Notes under the pieces: model-generated
Databases searched by the model: none
What the model saw: only the letters and a program-made list of their open reading frames with translations
What the model was told of the DNA's origin: nothing
Shown here: in pieces, positions 28,267-36,569 of the stretch
How the letters are laid out: every line of letters starts with the position of its first letter
How positions within the stretch are numbered: position 1 is the first letter of the stretch
From: a virus
Taxonomy: Duplodnaviria > Heunggongvirae > Uroviricota > Caudoviricetes
Virus record (IMG/VR): IMGVR_UViG_3300046096_000179
Coordinates: 63,124 to 127,123 of that record
Length of the DNA: 64,000 bases
Reading direction: 5' to 3' (one strand)
Position numbers and translations under genes: made by a program

Positions 28267-28456
28267 CCTACAATACATACAGAACATAGATAATGGTTAC
28301 TTGGATGACGCACCGTCGGACACTTACTTTGCAGTAGTCGAAGACTCCACATTATTTGGATACCAATCCCCTTACCTATGGGACTTGGTTGACGCAATTG
28401 ACGATCCATTATTTAAAATCGAAATTCACATCTATGACACCTACCATGATCAATAA
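28253..28456 (+). CDS. DLP-leader family (MKTSDLQYI...)
   Basis: Leader. Confidence 0.5.
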   Translation: MKTSDLQYIQNIDNGYLDDAPSDTYFAVVEDSTLFGYQSPYLWDLVDAIDDPLFKIEIHIYDTYHDQ

Positions 28457-28943
28457 ACTGACTCCATATTTCACCCCACTAGGAATTGACGTCTCCAAGG
28501 TTCCATTCCATGACGGTTTTGCTGGCTCGATTTATGTCGGACAGTTTCCCTATGCAGGTAAGAATCGTCAAGGTGAACTGACATTCCTTGACTATCCAGT
28601 AGATGTCTTCTATCAACCGAATCCCAAGGTTGAACTGGGGCATTCCCATTACTTCTCGGTCTATACTCGTCATGGTCATTCCTATGTCAGCGATGCATCC
28701 TATGTCACTGACCTAAGGCTTAATGGCGTTGTTGACTCCACTGGCAATATCCTGTATGCTAGGTTCCAGCATGACTTCCGATATACCAATGACGGTAATG
28801 CCGGGGTTGATGGTGGTGGATGGATGAAAGATGGTGATGTCTGGAGTATGTGGGGTCGCACCATTGGTGATAAGGATGGAAACTTCCCCAAGATGGTTCT
28901 GCTCCGTGTTGTTGATGGAAAGCTGGTGCAGGATGAAACTTAA
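28434..28943 (+). CDS. hypothetical protein (about 169 aa) embedded in the array, without the leader
   Basis: Track ORF 28356..28943; first plausible ATG (MTPTMINKL) lies at the end of the preceding member. Confidence 0.45.
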   Translation: MTPTMINKLTPYFTPLGIDVSKVPFHDGFAGSIYVGQFPYAGKNRQGELTFLDYPVDVFYQPNPKVELGHSHYFSVYTRHGHSYVSDASYVTDLRLNGVVDSTGNILYARFQHDFRYTNDGNAGVDGGGWMKDGDVWSMWGRTIGDKDGNFPKMVLLRVVDGKLVQDET

Positions 28944-29131
28944 ACAGCTATCGGTCATTGAACCATCAATGTCGTTTGTCAACATCAAAAAAAGAGTTGA
29001 CTCCATCTCCGGTAGGAGAGGGTTTGATTATGTTTCAAGGTCTTACCTATGGGTTGACATGATCAACGCGGATTTTGGTAGAGAACTTTTTACGGCGGTT
29101 CATTCGGCATTCAGTGGGTGCGTCCGTGGAA

Positions 29132-29302
29132 TTGAGTGAACTGCCGAAGTCTCATCAGTTAGCGGCGAGATTTGATGTAATTAGTCGCCCACTCGCTGGC
29201 GGCATTTTAAGCGCGATCATGGAGAATGAGCATAATGTATGGCGATGGGTGCGTTATCCGGTGCAGCAAGTTCTTGAACGGGTAAATGATGAAATCTTCT
29301 GA
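29132..29302 (+). CDS. DLP-leader family, TTG-start variant ((M)SELPKSHQ...)
   Basis: ttgagtgaactgccgaag matches the minus-strand TTG variant at 50357. Confidence 0.4.
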   Translation: MSELPKSHQLAARFDVISRPLAGGILSAIMENEHNVWRWVRYPVQQVLERVNDEIF

Positions 29303-29483
29303 CCTACCGAAAATACCAATCCCAAGAACCGGGTGGAATGTCTGTTTTGATGCGCATGTTTCGATGAATGACGCATTGGATGAATCATCTGGGATTGAGG
29401 TGCAGTCCGAAGTGATTAACAAAATCGCGTTTCCGGTCTTGGGTATCATGCGCCGGATTTGTGCCAGTACACCGAGTTCTTGA
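29286..29483 (+). CDS. DLP-leader family (MMKSSDLPKI...)
   Basis: Leader. Confidence 0.5.
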   Translation: MMKSSDLPKIPIPRTGWNVCFDAHVSMNDALDESSGIEVQSEVINKIAFPVLGIMRRICASTPSS

Positions 29484-29491
29484 ACGAGTGA

Positions 29492-29692
29492 ATGATGAAA
29501 TCTTCTGACCTGCCAACCATTGCTGTCCCTATCACGAACTTCCATGTTGTTCATGATGTATCAATCCTGTTTGGTGATTTTCTTGGTTTCGCCGAGTACG
29601 AAACATTTGATAAAATCAGAACGCCTGTGATGAATTCTTTGATTCCAACACTTTTTTCCATGGAACTCGAATTTTTAAGTTATAAAATATAA
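29492..29692 (+). CDS. DLP-leader family (MMKSSDLPTI...)
   Basis: Leader. Confidence 0.5.
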   Translation: MMKSSDLPTIAVPITNFHVVHDVSILFGDFLGFAEYETFDKIRTPVMNSLIPTLFSMELEFLSYKI

Positions 29693-29694
29693 CC

Positions 29695-30129
29695 ATGAAC
29701 CAACCCTACATTCAAAATGTTTCACGTCAGGCTCTTGCAACCGGTCAGCACCTCAGACCCAGTGACAATACAATTCTGATTCAGATTGCCGACTGTATTC
29801 AGGGATGCCCTACTCCAACACCCAACAATACCTTCGTTGAAATCCATCAGTTCAACTTCATGGACTCTGAGGAAGATGACCCAATGTTCCCACCAGAGGC
29901 AAAGATCACCACAGAACAAGCCAAGGAAATTGTTGGCATCCTTCGGAATGCATTGGCTAAAAATCAGAACGTGATTGTCCATTGCAATGCCGGTCTTTGT
30001 CGGTCAGGTGCTGTTGCTGAGGTTGGTGTCATGATGGGATTCACGGATACCTTTGCCACTAGGATTCCAAACCTGATGGTCAAGAAGTATCTGATGCGAG
30101 AACTTGGCTGGCTTTATGAAGATCGATGA
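29695..30129 (+). CDS. Cys-based protein phosphatase (dual-specificity/PTP-like, CX5R)
   Basis: VHCNAGLCRSGAV active-site P-loop. Confidence 0.7.
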   Translation: MNQPYIQNVSRQALATGQHLRPSDNTILIQIADCIQGCPTPTPNNTFVEIHQFNFMDSEEDDPMFPPEAKITTEQAKEIVGILRNALAKNQNVIVHCNAGLCRSGAVAEVGVMMGFTDTFATRIPNLMVKKYLMRELGWLYEDR

Positions 30130-30268
30130 CTTACCAAAGATTCACTTGAGTGAATGCAAAGACCTTGCACATTTGATTCGACTCCCACATGGAACATCTT
30201 CAATTGTGATGACTGTCAGCATGCGATGGTCGTTTAAAATCAATCATGCTCTTGGGTTTCGGTTGTGA
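30116..30268 (+). CDS. DLP-leader family (MKIDDLPKI...)
   Basis: Overlaps the phosphatase stop; approximate. Confidence 0.4.
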   Translation: MKIDDLPKIHLSECKDLAHLIRLPHGTSSIVMTVSMRWSFKINHALGFRL

Positions 30269-30447
30269 AAACCTATGAACTACCAAAAATCAATGCAAAA
30301 GACTGGAGCGTCGTAGAATTCTCCGTTACCTTTCTTGGAGGTCATGTTGGAGTTTCTGACTCTGGAGCGAAGCTAAAGACTTACAAAATCACCAATGAAG
30401 TTCACCAAAATTTCGGCGAAATTGTTAGAAACCTGTGGATTCTGTGA
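30265..30447 (+). CDS. DLP-leader family (GTG start; (M)KTYELPKI...)
   Basis: Leader; last member of the array. Confidence 0.45.
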   Translation: MKTYELPKINAKDWSVVEFSVTFLGGHVGVSDSGAKLKTYKITNEVHQNFGEIVRNLWIL

Positions 30448-30459
30448 TACAATTCAGTC

Positions 30460-30639
30460 ATGTTATCAAATTACCAAGTCCAATACAAAGTCGTTGCCAA
30501 GCCATGCTATGTTGGAGACCAACACCAACGCTTCTCCATCAAGGAAATGATTGTGCATACCAGCAGCAAAGATGCTGCCATGTCATACTTTCTTGACAAG
30601 AAAATCCAGCACATTGAAGCATCCGTCAGAAAAATCTGA
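30460..30639 (+). CDS. hypothetical small protein (59 aa)
   Basis: Immediately after the cassette ctgtgatacaattcagtcATG; below the track threshold. Confidence 0.35.
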   Translation: MLSNYQVQYKVVAKPCYVGDQHQRFSIKEMIVHTSSKDAAMSYFLDKKIQHIEASVRKI

Positions 30640-30726
30640 TACAATCCCCGATGACAAGAAACTGGCTGCGCTCTTGTCATCCATCAACCAGCGCCAAAAT
30701 TAACCCCTTTAAGGAACTTTTAGATC

Positions 30727-31053
30727 ATGGCATACGCAATTCTGACCAACGGCATCGAAACCAAAAAAGCCCCCATTGGTTTCTCTTGGACATCCTTCTT
30801 CTTTGGTGCATTCCCGGCATTGTTCCGTCAGGACTGGAAGTGGGGCATCTGGATGTTCATTGGATGCTTCCTGACATATGGTATTGCTGCCTTTGTTGGC
30901 GCATTCTTCTACAACAAGGTCTATATCAAGGCTCTGCTCCACAAGGGTTGGAAAGTCAAGGCTCTGGCTGGCTCCACGGTGGATGAATTCCGCGCGTATA
31001 CTGAGTTCTTGGAAGTCCCAACCACGGATGACTTTACCGTGGTTCCTGCCTGA
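30727..31053 (+). CDS. small membrane protein (2 TM)
   Basis: Good RBS aaggaacttttagatcATG; overlapping ORF 30651..30986 judged spurious. Confidence 0.6.
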   Translation: MAYAILTNGIETKKAPIGFSWTSFFFGAFPALFRQDWKWGIWMFIGCFLTYGIAAFVGAFFYNKVYIKALLHKGWKVKALAGSTVDEFRAYTEFLEVPTTDDFTVVPA

Positions 31054-31070
31054 TTCATTGGAGAATAATC

Positions 31071-31430
31071 ATGGAGTGGGTAGACCTTTCTGAAAAACAC
31101 AATCTACCGAACTGCATCGGTGCTGGGATTCCTGCTCAATGGGAACCTGTGGTATCGGATGCAATCCTGAAGATTCAGGAACTGATTGATCAAGGGCGAG
31201 ATATTCACATTCGCCAGATCAAGGAGAAGTTCGGTAGCCTGCGACTATATGTTGCCGGTACGGACTGGCATCTGTGTGAATCCATCATTGCTGAAGCAGA
31301 AACCAAGTGTAATGGCATCTGTGTTGAATGTGGAAGCACAGATGATGTCAAGCGAGGAACCAAGAAAGATTCCGGGTGGCTTCAGACTCTTTGCAAAGAA
31401 CATCGTGATTCGGAAGATGGACAACCATGA
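31071..31430 (+). CDS. hypothetical protein with CxxC zinc motif
   Basis: NGICVECGS; RBS ggagaataatcATG. Confidence 0.5.
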   Translation: MEWVDLSEKHNLPNCIGAGIPAQWEPVVSDAILKIQELIDQGRDIHIRQIKEKFGSLRLYVAGTDWHLCESIIAEAETKCNGICVECGSTDDVKRGTKKDSGWLQTLCKEHRDSEDGQP

Positions 31431-31597
31431 TAAAATTCATCCTGCTTGGAATCCTAATCCTGCTCTTAACCGGAGTGGTTCTTGACAAAGACGTGCGGCA
31501 AGAATTTAAATCTTTTAAGTTTTGGTCTATTGCACGTTTCTTTCTTGTGTTATCATTCTTTGTCTTCTTGCTTTTTGTAATCGTTATAATCTTTTAA
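31427..31597 (+). CDS. small hydrophobic membrane protein
   Basis: MIKFILLGILILLLTG...; ATGA-coupled; approximate end. Confidence 0.35.
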   Translation: MIKFILLGILILLLTGVVLDKDVRQEFKSFKFWSIARFFLVLSFFVFLLFVIVIIF

Positions 31598-31607
31598 AGG
31601 AAAATTC

Positions 31608-32414
31608 ATGAACAAACTTTTGAAACTCATCATGGTTGTCGGTGTCATTGTCTCTACGGCTGCATGCACACGCATCGAAACAGGCGAAATTGGCGTAAGG
31701 GTCGATGCCAGCAAACAAGTCCAACAGGGAGAGCTTCAACCAGGAAGTTGGAACCAGACATTGGTTGGTGATGTCCTGACATTCCCTGTCAAGGATATTT
31801 CAATGAGTATGGAGAATAAGACTCCAATGACATCTGAGAATACCGCCTTGGCTGACTTTGACATCACTGTGGTCTATGGCATCAATCCCAACTCGGTGGC
31901 TGAACTATACTCCACCAAGTCCAAGTCATTCCATGCGTATGACGATAAGAGTAAAGATACATTCCTGATGTACAACTACATGGTCACGTTGGTCAACAAT
32001 GCATCCTACAAGGTCGTCCGTGGCTACACAAACTTGTCTGCTGCCGATAACCGTCAGGAATTGGAGCAGAAGATTCGCGACTTGGTGACTGAACAACTCA
32101 AATCCGAGAAGTTGGATACTGCCATCAACATCAGCGTTGTTCAGATTCGCAACATCCTCCCAAATGCAGCCATCTTGGAATCTGCAACTGCGCTTGTTCG
32201 GAGCCAGAATGAACTCAAGGTCAAGGAGAATGAAGTAAAGATCGCGGCGGCTGAAAGTCAACGAATGAAGGCTCTGTCAGAAAATTCCGGTCAGTCGATT
32301 GCATACCTGAATGCTCAATCACTGGCTGCCATTGCAGATGGTGTCAAAAATGGCAAAGTGCAGTCCGTGGTAATCCCCTATGACTTCAAGGGCATTGTGA
32401 ACGTAGGCAAATAA
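31608..32414 (+). CDS. SPFH/band-7 (prohibitin-like) lipoprotein
   Basis: Lipobox LIMVVGVIVSTAAC then TGEIGVRVD band-7 signature; coiled-coil C-terminus. Confidence 0.6.
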   Translation: MNKLLKLIMVVGVIVSTAACTRIETGEIGVRVDASKQVQQGELQPGSWNQTLVGDVLTFPVKDISMSMENKTPMTSENTALADFDITVVYGINPNSVAELYSTKSKSFHAYDDKSKDTFLMYNYMVTLVNNASYKVVRGYTNLSAADNRQELEQKIRDLVTEQLKSEKLDTAINISVVQIRNILPNAAILESATALVRSQNELKVKENEVKIAAAESQRMKALSENSGQSIAYLNAQSLAAIADGVKNGKVQSVVIPYDFKGIVNVGK

Positions 32415-32460
32415 ACTCCGATACAATCAACTTCTCAGCAAACCCTCAAAGGAAACTAAA

Positions 32461-32787
32461 ATGACAATCCAACAAAAAGTAACTGACTTTCTGAAATCAG
32501 ACGAAAACGAAATTCCACAAGAATTCTTCAATGAATGGTTCGAACAAGAAACCAAAGACGCCCTGTTGTATACCAAGCTGGAATGCTCATCCGTCGATGG
32601 TTATGGTGGTGAGGGTCAGGGTGAAGAATACTGGCATGTCTACCAGTTCATTGACAACGAGACCAAAGAATCGTGCTTGGTGAAGTTCGATGGCAGTTAC
32701 TACTCTTACGATGGTTCAACTTTTGATCGCTGGTTCTTTGTAGAACCAAAGGAAGTTGTAGTTACTCGATTCTTTGAGATCAAGTGA
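32461..32787 (+). CDS. hypothetical protein
   Basis: RBS aaaggaaactaaaATG. Confidence 0.5.
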   Translation: MTIQQKVTDFLKSDENEIPQEFFNEWFEQETKDALLYTKLECSSVDGYGGEGQGEEYWHVYQFIDNETKESCLVKFDGSYYSYDGSTFDRWFFVEPKEVVVTRFFEIK

Positions 32788-32938
32788 TTGACTTATTTGG
32801 TGCGATCATTGGGTTACTGATGATCGCCTTCGTTATTCTTATCGCGGCATCTTACTTCACCAACCGTTACATAACACTCCAGAAAATCGTCGGTTGGTCA
32901 ATGTTACTGCTAACGGTTCTTGGTGCAATCTTTCTAAA

Positions 32939-33751
32939 ATGATCATGAACATCCTAATCGGCTCCAGAGCCATGAACTATTGGACTGGCGAACCATCCAA
33001 GGATTCTGCAGATTGGGATGTCATTTCGGTCGATCCAATTGATGGAACCGAACACCATCCGGTTGACTTCCTGAATAACCACAGGTTCGTCGATTACGCA
33101 TCTGAGCATACGGTTGCATTCAATGGTAATATCCTGCACGTATGCAATCCAGTGGGTCTGGCGATTATCAAACGCTCCCATCTGCACCGAGGCCTGAGTT
33201 TCGCCAAGCACATCACCCACTACCACAGGAAGCTGATGCCGCTTGTTGGTAAGTTCAGTCCAGAGGATATGCCGATATTGGGTGAGCGAACTCAGTTGAC
33301 CAAGGAACAGTTCCCATTCAACCACCCAAAGTTGGATGTGACGGTTTCCGAGTTCTTCGACGACTTCGTGATCAAGAAATATGACCATGATGCAATCCAT
33401 CGGGTTGTAGCATTCAATGATGCTCCAATGTACACCAAGATGCAACCCAACCCAGAGATGGCATGGTGTGCCAAGGATATGTGGGATGAGTTCAGCGACA
33501 TGGAGAAACGCCAGTGTGTGGCAGAGGAAGCTCTGGTTATTTCAATTGAGCGATTCTTGGTTCCGAGCAATTGGAAGAAGTCTTATCGACTGTCATACAT
33601 GAAGTCCTTGGAGAAGGTCTGCACGACACTCTGCTCTGGGTGGTTCCGTGATTATGCGATTGACAACTACCCAGCAATCGCTGACTTGTTCGATTCTGCG
33701 GATTTTGGTGAATTTAAAGAAAAGATTTTGACTACAGTTCTGGAACTGTGA
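32939..33751 (+). CDS. hypothetical protein, possible nucleotidyltransferase fold
   Basis: LIGSRAMNYWTGEPSKDSADWDVI fits hG[GS]x(n)DhDh loosely. Confidence 0.35.
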   Translation: MIMNILIGSRAMNYWTGEPSKDSADWDVISVDPIDGTEHHPVDFLNNHRFVDYASEHTVAFNGNILHVCNPVGLAIIKRSHLHRGLSFAKHITHYHRKLMPLVGKFSPEDMPILGERTQLTKEQFPFNHPKLDVTVSEFFDDFVIKKYDHDAIHRVVAFNDAPMYTKMQPNPEMAWCAKDMWDEFSDMEKRQCVAEEALVISIERFLVPSNWKKSYRLSYMKSLEKVCTTLCSGWFRDYAIDNYPAIADLFDSADFGEFKEKILTTVLEL

Positions 33752-33791
33752 TATAATAAGAACCATCAACTCCACTACAAGGAACTACATC
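33731..33791 (+). promoter_or_regulatory. promoter-leader cassette
   Basis: actacagttctggaactgtgatataataagaaccatcaactccactacaaggaactacatcATG. Confidence 0.6.
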
Positions 33792-34250
33792 ATGACCAAC
33801 CGTAACTATGAATTTGTAACAGACGACACCATCGTTATTAATGGGGTGACATTGACTCGTATTCGGGCGATTAAATATATACCCCACCATAGGGCAACAG
33901 ATGGTGAGCTTGGTGGCTATATCGAAAAATATGAAAATTTAACAGAAAACTCATGGGTTTCTGGTAATGCCCGTGTTTCTGGTAATGCATGTGTCTATGG
34001 CGATGCCCGTGTTTCTGGTAATGATAATGTCAAATCGACATCAGATTACATCACCATCGGTCCAGCAAAATCTTCTGGTCGGTACATAACCGCATTTGTT
34101 GATTATAAAATCGGAGTTAAGATTGTGACGGGTGATTTTACTGGTTCTATTAATGAATTCAAGTCAGCTATTGAATCCACACACCAAAACAATGAGCAGA
34201 ATTTGAAACAATATCGCGCATTTGTTTTCTTAATTGAAGCCTCATTCTGA
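33792..34250 (+). CDS. hypothetical protein with tandem SGNARV hexapeptide repeats
   Basis: WVSGNARVSGNACVYGDARVSGND. Confidence 0.55.
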   Translation: MTNRNYEFVTDDTIVINGVTLTRIRAIKYIPHHRATDGELGGYIEKYENLTENSWVSGNARVSGNACVYGDARVSGNDNVKSTSDYITIGPAKSSGRYITAFVDYKIGVKIVTGDFTGSINEFKSAIESTHQNNEQNLKQYRAFVFLIEASF

Positions 34251-34300
34251 TTTTCTGTGATATAATAAGAACCATCAACTCCACTACAAGGAACTACATC
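34247..34300 (+). promoter_or_regulatory. promoter-leader cassette
   Basis: tgattttctgtgatataataagaaccatcaactccactacaaggaactacatcATG. Confidence 0.6.
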
Positions 34301-34663
34301 ATGAAACCGCTCGAACTCCATAGCCAAAATCTGCAGTCCATTACCTCTGCAATTCAAACTGCTGGTGGTTCGGTAAATGCCCTCCTGACAAAGGATGTTC
34401 TGAGCTTCCTCGAAACGCTAGCGCAAAATGGAGTCAGTCTGACTGCAGAATTTCAATCCCAGTCTGGTATGAAGGTGGTTGATGGTTGGGTCATCAATAC
34501 AAAGACGACTTATGGGCACCCAACCACGCTTTCTGAGGAAGATGTAATCGACGTGATTCTTTCCAATGGGCTTACCCACACCTCAAGCCCAGCAGCATGG
34601 GACCAGTCGTGGGACATCAATAACGATTTCCGACACATCGTCAAGTATCGCAAGGTGAAATGA
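34301..34663 (+). CDS. HIVKYRK-family protein
   Basis: WVINTKTTYGHPTTLSEED...SWDINNDFRHIVKYRKVK. Confidence 0.6.
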   Translation: MKPLELHSQNLQSITSAIQTAGGSVNALLTKDVLSFLETLAQNGVSLTAEFQSQSGMKVVDGWVINTKTTYGHPTTLSEEDVIDVILSNGLTHTSSPAAWDQSWDINNDFRHIVKYRKVK

Positions 34664-34709
34664 CTATTCTGTGATACAATATCCCCATTCCAACAAAGGA
34701 ACCTAAATC
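34663..34709 (+). promoter_or_regulatory. promoter-leader cassette
   Basis: ctattctgtgatacaatatccccattccaacaaaggaacctaaatcATG. Confidence 0.55.
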
Positions 34710-35006
34710 ATGAAAATCTCCACCAATCTGGCTGAAATCAAAGAACTCTTTGCCCATCACTTGGGCATCAATGTCTCCGAACTGGAACTGACAATCGAAG
34801 ATGCCCAAGTGGAATCAAATGATGGTTGGATAGTCAACACGCAAACTGATTGGGGGCACCCAGCCACGCTTTCTGAGGAAGATTTAATCGAAGTGATTCT
34901 TTCCGATGGACTCACCGATATTGGAACTGCAGATGCATGGGATAAGTCGTGGGACATCAATAACGATTACAGCCACATCGTCAAGTACCGCAAGGTGAAT
35001 AAATGA
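34710..35006 (+). CDS. HIVKYRK-family protein
   Basis: WIVNTQTDWGHPATLSEED...SWDINNDYSHIVKYRKVNK. Confidence 0.6.
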   Translation: MKISTNLAEIKELFAHHLGINVSELELTIEDAQVESNDGWIVNTQTDWGHPATLSEEDLIEVILSDGLTDIGTADAWDKSWDINNDYSHIVKYRKVNK

Positions 35007-35611
35007 TCACAATTACGCTGACCAATGAACAGGCAAAACAAATTGCCCTGTCCTGTGAGATTGTCGCTCGTCTTGGTATTGGTCAGTTCAGGTATGCCTT
35101 GGAACTATTGCCAACCAAGGAAGTATATCCACCCGGATGGCATGATGACATGGACAAGATTGGTTCAATCCTCAAGCAGCACAACATTGATAATGTGGAT
35201 GGCTGGAACTCCAGTCTTGGTATTCATTCCGAAAAGCTGCGACCAATGACCAAGATCAACTGGGAAATCTACCAGACTCTGCGTCACAAATTGGCATGGG
35301 ATTTAGCCAAGGAACATGGCATGACCGACGGGACAACCCGGGATTGGTCAACAATGAACTCAGTTGACTTTGATGAACCAACAAAGCTGACCGATGAAGG
35401 TCTGCCGGTAATCTTGAATCCTCATGACATTGTTGCAGGCGCAATCTTTGACCTGATGGGTAAGATGACCTCATTGGGGACTCCGGTTACGTTTGGTGCT
35501 TCCCATGGAACTGCGCCCGCCGTTGAAATCATCCGAGATTTTGCCAAGAAACGTGGGCTGGACATCAGTGACCCAGATGTTGAACATTGGCAGGACAAGA
35601 TTCATGATTGA
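35003..35611 (+). CDS. hypothetical protein
   Basis: 202 aa, ATGA-coupled. Confidence 0.55.
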   Translation: MITITLTNEQAKQIALSCEIVARLGIGQFRYALELLPTKEVYPPGWHDDMDKIGSILKQHNIDNVDGWNSSLGIHSEKLRPMTKINWEIYQTLRHKLAWDLAKEHGMTDGTTRDWSTMNSVDFDEPTKLTDEGLPVILNPHDIVAGAIFDLMGKMTSLGTPVTFGASHGTAPAVEIIRDFAKKRGLDISDPDVEHWQDKIHD

Positions 35612-35849
35612 CGAAATCAAGAGACTTGAGGGCATTGTTTTCGATAACGAGAACTCTTTTCTGCAAAACTTCAGTCCTGTTGGGTCAACATCTGATTTGC
35701 TTGGGATCTGGTTCGGTTCATCGTCCGTGAAAATCCACTACGTCGATCTGGATTCTGGGCAACACTATGCAGATGAGATTGAAAATGAAAAATTTTCTGC
35801 ATGGATGAAATCAAGGATTGACTACAGTTCCTATTCTGTGATACAATAG
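35604..35849 (+). CDS. hypothetical protein
   Basis: Start MIDEIKRLEG overlaps the upstream stop (ATGATTGA). Confidence 0.45.
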   Translation: MIDEIKRLEGIVFDNENSFLQNFSPVGSTSDLLGIWFGSSSVKIHYVDLDSGQHYADEIENEKFSAWMKSRIDYSSYSVIQ

Positions 35850-35881
35850 AACCATCGAAACAAACCAAGGAAACCTAGATC
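35821..35881 (+). promoter_or_regulatory. promoter-leader cassette
   Basis: actacagttcctattctgtgatacaatagaaccatcgaaacaaaccaaggaaacctagatcATG. Confidence 0.55.
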
Positions 35882-36058
35882 ATGACACAATTCAAGTTTT
35901 ACGTGCACTTCATTGACAAACATGGCGTTGAAGATGTTGCTGATGTATGGTCAACTGAGACGGAAGAATTGAATATTGCAGCGGATTTTTACTCTGAATA
36001 TGGTGACGATTTGAACATCACACAAATCGAGCCAACCGGCGTAATTTCTCAATTTTAA
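35882..36058 (+). CDS. hypothetical small acidic protein (58 aa)
   Basis: Directly after the cassette; below the track threshold; approximate. Confidence 0.4.
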   Translation: MTQFKFYVHFIDKHGVEDVADVWSTETEELNIAADFYSEYGDDLNITQIEPTGVISQF

Positions 36059-36074
36059 TCAAGGAGCCTACATC

Positions 36075-36368
36075 ATGAAACTAACAATCACCAAAACCGA
36101 AGTTGACGCACTGATTCGTAGCTCATACGATCTTCCACATGACGCTGAAGTTGAGATCGTCAACACTGAAGCCAATCATCATGATTGGATCATCAATACA
36201 CAGACCGACTACGAGTGCCCTTTAGATGTTGATCCCGATGAATTGGTAGATATTGTCTATTCCAACGGCGTTGTTCGTATTGGGCTGAATGCGATATCAT
36301 TGTTCCAAGCTTCTTGGAGCGTGAAGAGTAAGATTCACATCGTCAAGTATCGTAAGCATCGCGGTTAA
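36075..36368 (+). CDS. HIVKYRK-family protein
   Basis: WIINTQTDYECPLDVDPDE...SWSVKSKIHIVKYRKHRG; RBS caaggagcctacatcATG. Confidence 0.6.
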   Translation: MKLTITKTEVDALIRSSYDLPHDAEVEIVNTEANHHDWIINTQTDYECPLDVDPDELVDIVYSNGVVRIGLNAISLFQASWSVKSKIHIVKYRKHRG

Positions 36369-36382
36369 ATCAAAAAATTCAG

Positions 36383-36466
36383 GGCCTTGTCCACGAAATG
36401 GTCTTCTAAGCCATTGGCGTTAACTATCGTGACGGAGCCAAGAGGTTCGATTCCTCCAAGGCCCCC
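36383..36466 (+). tRNA. tRNA-like sequence (possible degenerate tRNA or one with an aberrant insertion)
   Basis: Perfect 7-bp acceptor stem (gggcctt/aaggccc) and canonical T-arm (gaGG-TTCGATT-CCtc), but the 50-nt interior does not fold into standard D and anticodon arms; an internal hairpin atggt-cttctaa-gccat has a TCT anticodon-like loop; 9 nt upstream of tRNA-Met. Confidence 0.3.
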
Positions 36467-36475
36467 AATAAAATT

Positions 36476-36550
36476 CCTGAATAGCATAACGGTAGTGCCG
36501 AGAACTCATAATTCTTAAAGTGCTGGTTCGAACCCAGCTTCAGGAACCAA
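36476..36550 (+). tRNA. tRNA-Met (anticodon CAT; could also be a lysidine-modified tRNA-Ile2)
   Basis: Full cloverleaf by hand: acceptor tcctgaa/ttcagga, D gcat-aacggta-gtgc, anticodon gagaa-ctCATaa-ttctt, T gctgg-ttcgaac-ccagc, discriminator a, encoded CCA. Confidence 0.85.
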
Positions 36551-36569
36551 TCAAAAAGCGAAAGTAAAC

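Noticed and set aside
28831-29139. 102-aa track ORF overlapping the end of 28434..28943
   Set aside because: Its N-terminal half overlaps a better-supported gene in another frame. At most a 57-aa remnant (about 28968..29139) could be real.
21700-30450. Possible CRISPR-like array because of a regularly recurring 26-nt sequence
   Set aside because: The recurring unit is the 5' end of protein-coding genes (ATG plus leader codons) spaced 150-200 nt apart with variable spacing. There are no short identical direct repeats separated by fixed-length spacers and no cas genes.
30651-30986. Track ORF MTRNWLRSCHPSTSAK...
   Set aside because: It overlaps 30727..31053 in another frame. The latter has a strong RBS and a clear 2-TM membrane-protein composition; 30651 has neither.
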